Assembly: GCA_963848965.1 (NCBI GenBank)
Contig: CAWKFG010000004.1
Coordinates: 608,001 to 672,000, forward strand
Source of the DNA: an uncultured bacterium
Lineage (GTDB): Bacteria > Babelota > Babeliae > Babelales > Babelaceae
DNA: 64,000 nt
Direction: 5' to 3'
The position numbers and the translations under genes were made by a program. Position 1 is the stretch's first letter. Each line of letters begins with the position of its first letter. Positions 59,773-64,000 of this stretch are shown here, piece after piece. The notes under the pieces are model-generated. The model had not been told where the DNA came from and made no database searches. It was given only the letters and a program-made list of their open reading frames with translations.

Positions 59773-60860
59773 TGCATAAGATACTTGTACTTGGAAGTGC
59801 AACACAAGATATTTTTATTATGTATGAAGGTGCAGAAACTCTGCACCTTCAATCAAAAAAGGGCTCTCGCTCTTTTTTGATTTTAGAAGCTGGCATCAAA
59901 GCTAATGTGGAACAGCTTTTTTATGCAACCGGAGGAGGAGCTACAAATACTGCTGTCTCTTTTAAACGGCTTGGCTTACAAGCTATTCCTTGCTTTAAAC
60001 TAGGAACTGACACTGCAGGTACTTTTATTGTAGAATCGCTTAAAAAAGAAAATCTTGATCTTTCTCATATTAGTACCTCATCTACTGTTGATACTGCACG
60101 CTCCTTTATTATTCCTACACCTGAAAAGAATCATGCAGCACTCTGTTACCGAGGAGCCCAGACAGGACTTACTCACCACGATATACCATTTGAAAGTTTA
60201 CATACCTATCGCTGCCTCTACATCTCATCACTTTCTGGAAGTTCTTTACAGCTTTTACCAACTATTGCTCAAAAGGCCAAAAAGCTTGGTATTCTTGTTG
60301 CTACTAATCCAGGAGTTCAACAAATTACAAGTGAACATGCTGAGCTTTTTAGAGCACTTTCTTCTCTTGATATTCTTATTTTGAATGCTCATGAAGCACG
60401 ACTTTTTATGGAAGCACTCCTTAATCAGGTAACCATACAAGGAACTTCTTCTACAGACGCTTCATTACCCCCTCTTTTGCACTTTTTTATTGAATATAAA
60501 AGTGTTCGCTATTCACTTTTTGATTATTTTAAAGTACTTATATCGCGAGGGGTAGGTACAGTAATAGTAACTGATGGAGTTCGCGGAGTATATGTAGGAA
60601 CAGCGTCCGCTGTTTATTTTCATCCAAGTATTCCTACTTCTGTTCTTACTGCAGTAGGAGCAGGAGATGCTTTTGGTTCTAGCTTTGTAGGATCACTCAT
60701 TGTAGGAAAATCCCTTGAAGAAGCATTAGTATCTGGGGTAATTAATGCATCATCTGTTATAAGCTATGTAGATACAAAAACAGGATTACTTTCTTTGAAA
60801 GAGCTTGAAACTCGAGTAAGAGAGCTAGGATTTACACAACTCCAAAAATTTGCATTATAA
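59772..60860 (+). CDS. PfkB-family carbohydrate kinase
   Basis: GGGATN.AV...RLG, LG.D.AG, VTDG..G, VGAGDAFGS. Confidence 0.88.
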   Translation: MHKILVLGSATQDIFIMYEGAETLHLQSKKGSRSFLILEAGIKANVEQLFYATGGGATNTAVSFKRLGLQAIPCFKLGTDTAGTFIVESLKKENLDLSHISTSSTVDTARSFIIPTPEKNHAALCYRGAQTGLTHHDIPFESLHTYRCLYISSLSGSSLQLLPTIAQKAKKLGILVATNPGVQQITSEHAELFRALSSLDILILNAHEARLFMEALLNQVTIQGTSSTDASLPPLLHFFIEYKSVRYSLFDYFKVLISRGVGTVIVTDGVRGVYVGTASAVYFHPSIPTSVLTAVGAGDAFGSSFVGSLIVGKSLEEALVSGVINASSVISYVDTKTGLLSLKELETRVRELGFTQLQKFAL

Positions 60861-60902
60861 ACCTGAAGTACTTAAAGAAAAGATTCGCTGTAGAACTCTT
60901 TT

Positions 60903-60980
60903 ATACACTTAGTTACTGGTATTTTCTTGTAAATTATAACACTTACTGTTATAAATTATAACAGTAAGTGTTACTTTTTT
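60903..60980 (+). repeat. Promoter/operator module, copy B (inverted relative to 21-98)
   Basis: Perfect 18-bp arms at 60937-60954 and 60956-60973; TTGTAA-N17-TATAAA; aligns to copy A. Confidence 0.7.
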
Positions 60981-60997
60981 AAACGTGCCTCTTTCTT

Positions 60998-62998
60998 TTA
61001 CATCACTGATGTAAGCCACTCAATATATCTTTCTCGTTTTTGTGGATCTCCGAACCACCAGTCATTTTTACCTTTAACAAGTTTGAAGGTGCGATGGAAT
61101 GTATGATCATCTTGTTCAATGAGGCCTACATGATAGTTGGTAAATTCACCATTGGTTTCTTCTTCTAAGTGTGCTGGTCGTTCAAAGTGAGTAGCAATAA
61201 TACACATACTTTCTGGTATATGTGCTATAGCTTTACCAAATCTATGAAGACGAACAGAGCCTTCTGCTTCCATAGTACCCTTAAATACTTCATCCATAAC
61301 AGTAAAGCTCAGTTGCCCTTCCTTAAGTCCTGTAAGTACAGCAAGTGTTTCGTCAACACGCTTTTTCTCAGCCATAAAGGTAGATTGACCTACAGCAAGA
61401 TCTTCTTTAATGTTAGCATAGCTATTAAGCTTGTTAAAGATTGTTATACGAGCTTTACGTGCAGGAGCTATGCCAAACGTCTGTGCTAGAATCATTGAAT
61501 ATGCTACGGATTTCATGAAGGTAGATTTACCGCCACCATGAGGGCCTGTAAGCATAATGTTATGAGCATGTTCTGGTTTGCCAAAGGTGATAGTCTCTGT
61601 AACTGCTAACTTGCTATCAAGCAACGGATTCCATACATTAACAAGCTCTACATACGGAGTTTTATTGTCTACAAACTCTACAAAAGAAAACTCTACTCTC
61701 TTATCTTTATGCTCTTTTATGACATGAGCAACAGATAGATATGCTTCTAACTCACCCGCAGCTTCAAGTATATCAACAAAGAGATCTTTAACTTCATGAA
61801 GTAGCGTGTGAGCGGCAAGTACTTTTCCTAAATTAGAGTACCATTGTGCTTTATGTTCAAATACAGGATCATTCAGTAACGTTATAAGCTTGTCTAAATC
61901 ACCTGAAAGACGATACGGATTCTCTATAAATATCTCTAACTTCTTAAATGCTTTAATACCTGCAATAAGACCTTTGTGCGGAGAGACTACTTCATATATC
62001 TTTGTTAAAGCACCTATAATCTCTCTTATACTCCGCATACGTTCATGAAGAGTATACGTTATGTAGTTAGTAAGTTTAACTTCATCATGCAATTTCTTCA
62101 GCATAAAAATGCCTAATGCATCAGCAATGCCTCCGACACCCAAAGAAAAGAGAGTTGCACCAAGAGGAGAAAAAGCTTTCACAGACCTCTCTCTAAAAGT
62201 GTAATTAGCTGCATCGTACGTAGTTTCTGTACGTCTTGCGAAAAATGGATAAACGTGCAAGAAAGCCATACCTGCTAAGAATTCTACAGTAGCTAAGCCA
62301 GCTCCTACTAAATTAAGTGTTCTTACTGTTTGTAAGGCGCCTGGCTTTGTGTTAAATCGGGAAAACCAGCCTTTAGGAAAATAAACGCGCATAGTAAGCA
62401 TAGGATCTAACTGAGCAGAAGGGCCCCACAGATGGAGAAGGTTGCTTTCATGTTCTCCTATAAGTTTGAAAGCATTATTCAAAGATTCTGCAGTATGTTT
62501 ATTGTCTATGAGTGTTTTCACCATGTTTTGCCGTTGGGTTAATAGAGCCTTATCTACTTGAGGTTCTGCAATCATACGAGCGAGAACTGCTGAACCAAAA
62601 GTAGTTTGAGTTTTATTAACTTGAGAGAATAAGTTGAGCTTCTTGCTATTTTCGGATCCGCAAATAACGTTCAACTCATGTAATACATATGGCTCAATAA
62701 CATTTACTGTTTTTTGTAATTGTCCTTGACGTGCAAGCAAATTGAATACAATTTCTTTCTTATGATTAGAGCTTAGAGGCTTGATCATCTCACTGACCTT
62801 CTCTTTATCACTCTTTTCTTCTTTCTTTTCACCTTGCGTAGTAAGTACTGGCTTTACTACATGATCTTCTGCTTCTAGGACCAAATTACCAACGGTGATA
62901 TACAACGATTCAGGCTTTGAGCTTTCTTCATTTTCACAAAAACTAATAGCGCTCCACAAGAGAGTCGTCCATACTACACTTTGTAATCTCTGTAACAT
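60998..62998 (-). CDS. Second stand-alone MutS-like ATPase with signal peptide and TM segments
   Basis: GGAGG RBS before ATG 62998; NKTQTTFG, TGPHGGGKST, STFMAE, DEVFKGT, ATHF. Confidence 0.85.
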   Translation of the reverse strand: MLQRLQSVVWTTLLWSAISFCENEESSKPESLYITVGNLVLEAEDHVVKPVLTTQGEKKEEKSDKEKVSEMIKPLSSNHKKEIVFNLLARQGQLQKTVNVIEPYVLHELNVICGSENSKKLNLFSQVNKTQTTFGSAVLARMIAEPQVDKALLTQRQNMVKTLIDNKHTAESLNNAFKLIGEHESNLLHLWGPSAQLDPMLTMRVYFPKGWFSRFNTKPGALQTVRTLNLVGAGLATVEFLAGMAFLHVYPFFARRTETTYDAANYTFRERSVKAFSPLGATLFSLGVGGIADALGIFMLKKLHDEVKLTNYITYTLHERMRSIREIIGALTKIYEVVSPHKGLIAGIKAFKKLEIFIENPYRLSGDLDKLITLLNDPVFEHKAQWYSNLGKVLAAHTLLHEVKDLFVDILEAAGELEAYLSVAHVIKEHKDKRVEFSFVEFVDNKTPYVELVNVWNPLLDSKLAVTETITFGKPEHAHNIMLTGPHGGGKSTFMKSVAYSMILAQTFGIAPARKARITIFNKLNSYANIKEDLAVGQSTFMAEKKRVDETLAVLTGLKEGQLSFTVMDEVFKGTMEAEGSVRLHRFGKAIAHIPESMCIIATHFERPAHLEEETNGEFTNYHVGLIEQDDHTFHRTFKLVKGKNDWWFGDPQKRERYIEWLTSVM

Positions 62999-63064
62999 TC
63001 TGTCCTCCACAGTCTTAATCCATTGTCTTTCTTCTAGAATATCCAAAAGCACATTTTATGCAAA

Positions 63065-63548
63065 AGCTACGCATCTCTGCATTCACACAAGCTGCTTATT
63101 AGGGGCTTTGCCCCTCTAACCCCAGCAAGGGCACACCCTTGCAACCAGCTCTCTTTGCTCAGAGCTTCCGCTCTTCGCTGGTTCTTTTAAAGCAAAAAAT
63201 CGGTGCGATTTTTTGCAGTTGCACGCCGCTACGCGAGTCTCCATCCCAGGTGGAACGCACCTGGTCTGACGACACTCTGTTTACAGAGATATCATTGATA
63301 TGAAATTACCAAAGGGTAAAACGTGAGTCGGTGACAGGCAACCAGGGAGTTCCCCTGGTTGCTTAAATCGCGTAGCGACTGCTATTGTTAAAAAACGCTG
63401 TGCGTTTTTTAACGCAGAAAGAAAACAAAAAGAAGTAAAAGGGTCCAGGGGTAAGCCCCTGGCAGGGTTAAAGGGACAGAGTCCCTTACAGTTGGAGCCC
63501 CCGGTGAGTGCAAGGCTCCTAGAGATCGCTTGCAATAGATGCGAAGGC
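63065..63548. other. Highly structured, dyad-symmetric non-coding element (ncRNA or MITE-like)
   Basis: More than 10 hairpins arranged as two inverted, diverged units with long-range complementary segments; GC-richer than the flanks. Confidence 0.7.
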
Positions 63549-63608
63549 TCATTATACTGGGTTGTGAAATGTTTAGAGAAAGAACTACAAAAAATAGCTA
63601 GGTATAGT

Positions 63609-64000
63609 ATGTTATCAGAAACTTCATCACGGAATAGCTCTCAAGAGATGAATCAGGCTACTGGAACCATCTTGCAGGTGAGTGGCACCGTTCTTGACGT
63701 TCAGTTTCCGCGTGATGCAGTTCCCAATATATTTAATGAGTTAAAAGTTCTTATTCCACAAGAGCATGATGATACATATAAGACAGCGAGCATCGAAGTA
63801 GAGCAGCAGCTGGGTGACGGTGTTGTACGGTGCATTGCACTTGAGAGCATTTTTGGTATATGTCGTGGCCTTAAGGTGGTTGATACGGGTGGTCCTATTG
63901 AAGTGCCGGTAGGCAATGAAGTGCTAGGACGCGTATTTGATGTACTTGGCAGAACAATTGATGGTAAACCTTCGATTGATGTTAGTAAGCGTATGCCTAT
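63609..64000 (+). CDS. atpD: F1 ATP synthase beta subunit (5' part, runs off the window)
   Basis: GTILQVSGTVLDVQF, EVEQQLGDGVVRCIAL, RGLKVVDTGGPIEVPVG.EVLGRVFDVLG. Confidence 0.93.
   Translation, partial: MLSETSSRNSSQEMNQATGTILQVSGTVLDVQFPRDAVPNIFNELKVLIPQEHDDTYKTASIEVEQQLGDGVVRCIALESIFGICRGLKVVDTGGPIEVPVGNEVLGRVFDVLGRTIDGKPSIDVSKRMP

Noticed and set aside
63281..63535. 84-aa minus-strand ORF
   Set aside because: Lies wholly inside the hairpin element, has no RBS or recognisable motif; likely a shadow of GC-rich structure
63065..63548. RNase P RNA, tmRNA or group II intron identity for the structured element
   Set aside because: No GAGGAAAGTCC RNase P motif, no tRNA-like ends with CCA and no clear domain V motif seen

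Overview
AT-rich bacterial chromosome segment that strongly resembles an intracellular protist parasite of the Dependentiae (TM6/Babeliae) type. This assignment is an inference from the many signal-peptide-bearing ankyrin proteins, stand-alone MutS-domain-V proteins and gene decay. Housekeeping genes: tdk, radA, comM/yifB, acpS, rdgB-like ITPase, murJ, lolD-like ATPase, lon, a PfkB kinase, the start of atpD and tRNA-fMet. These are interleaved with a type II secretion gspFGHIJK operon that ends in an MCE/beta-strand fusion protein, two solo TnpB (IS200/IS605-group) elements with different RuvC arrangements, a HigBA-like toxin-antitoxin pair and several gene remnants. There is also a large set of putative secreted effectors: ankyrin/F-box-like proteins, papain-like proteases, a Nudix hydrolase, a pseudo-protease and a double glycosyltransferase. 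Most notable unexplained signals: (1) a ~480-bp non-coding element at 63065-63548 built from two diverged, inverted copies of a four-hairpin unit; (2) a Met-Glu-type residue pair directly after the signal peptide in about 10 unrelated exported proteins; (3) a four-member novel exported membrane-hairpin family; (4) a ~78-bp promoter/operator module present at both ends of the window. All product calls are from motif recognition by eye; no database searches were run.
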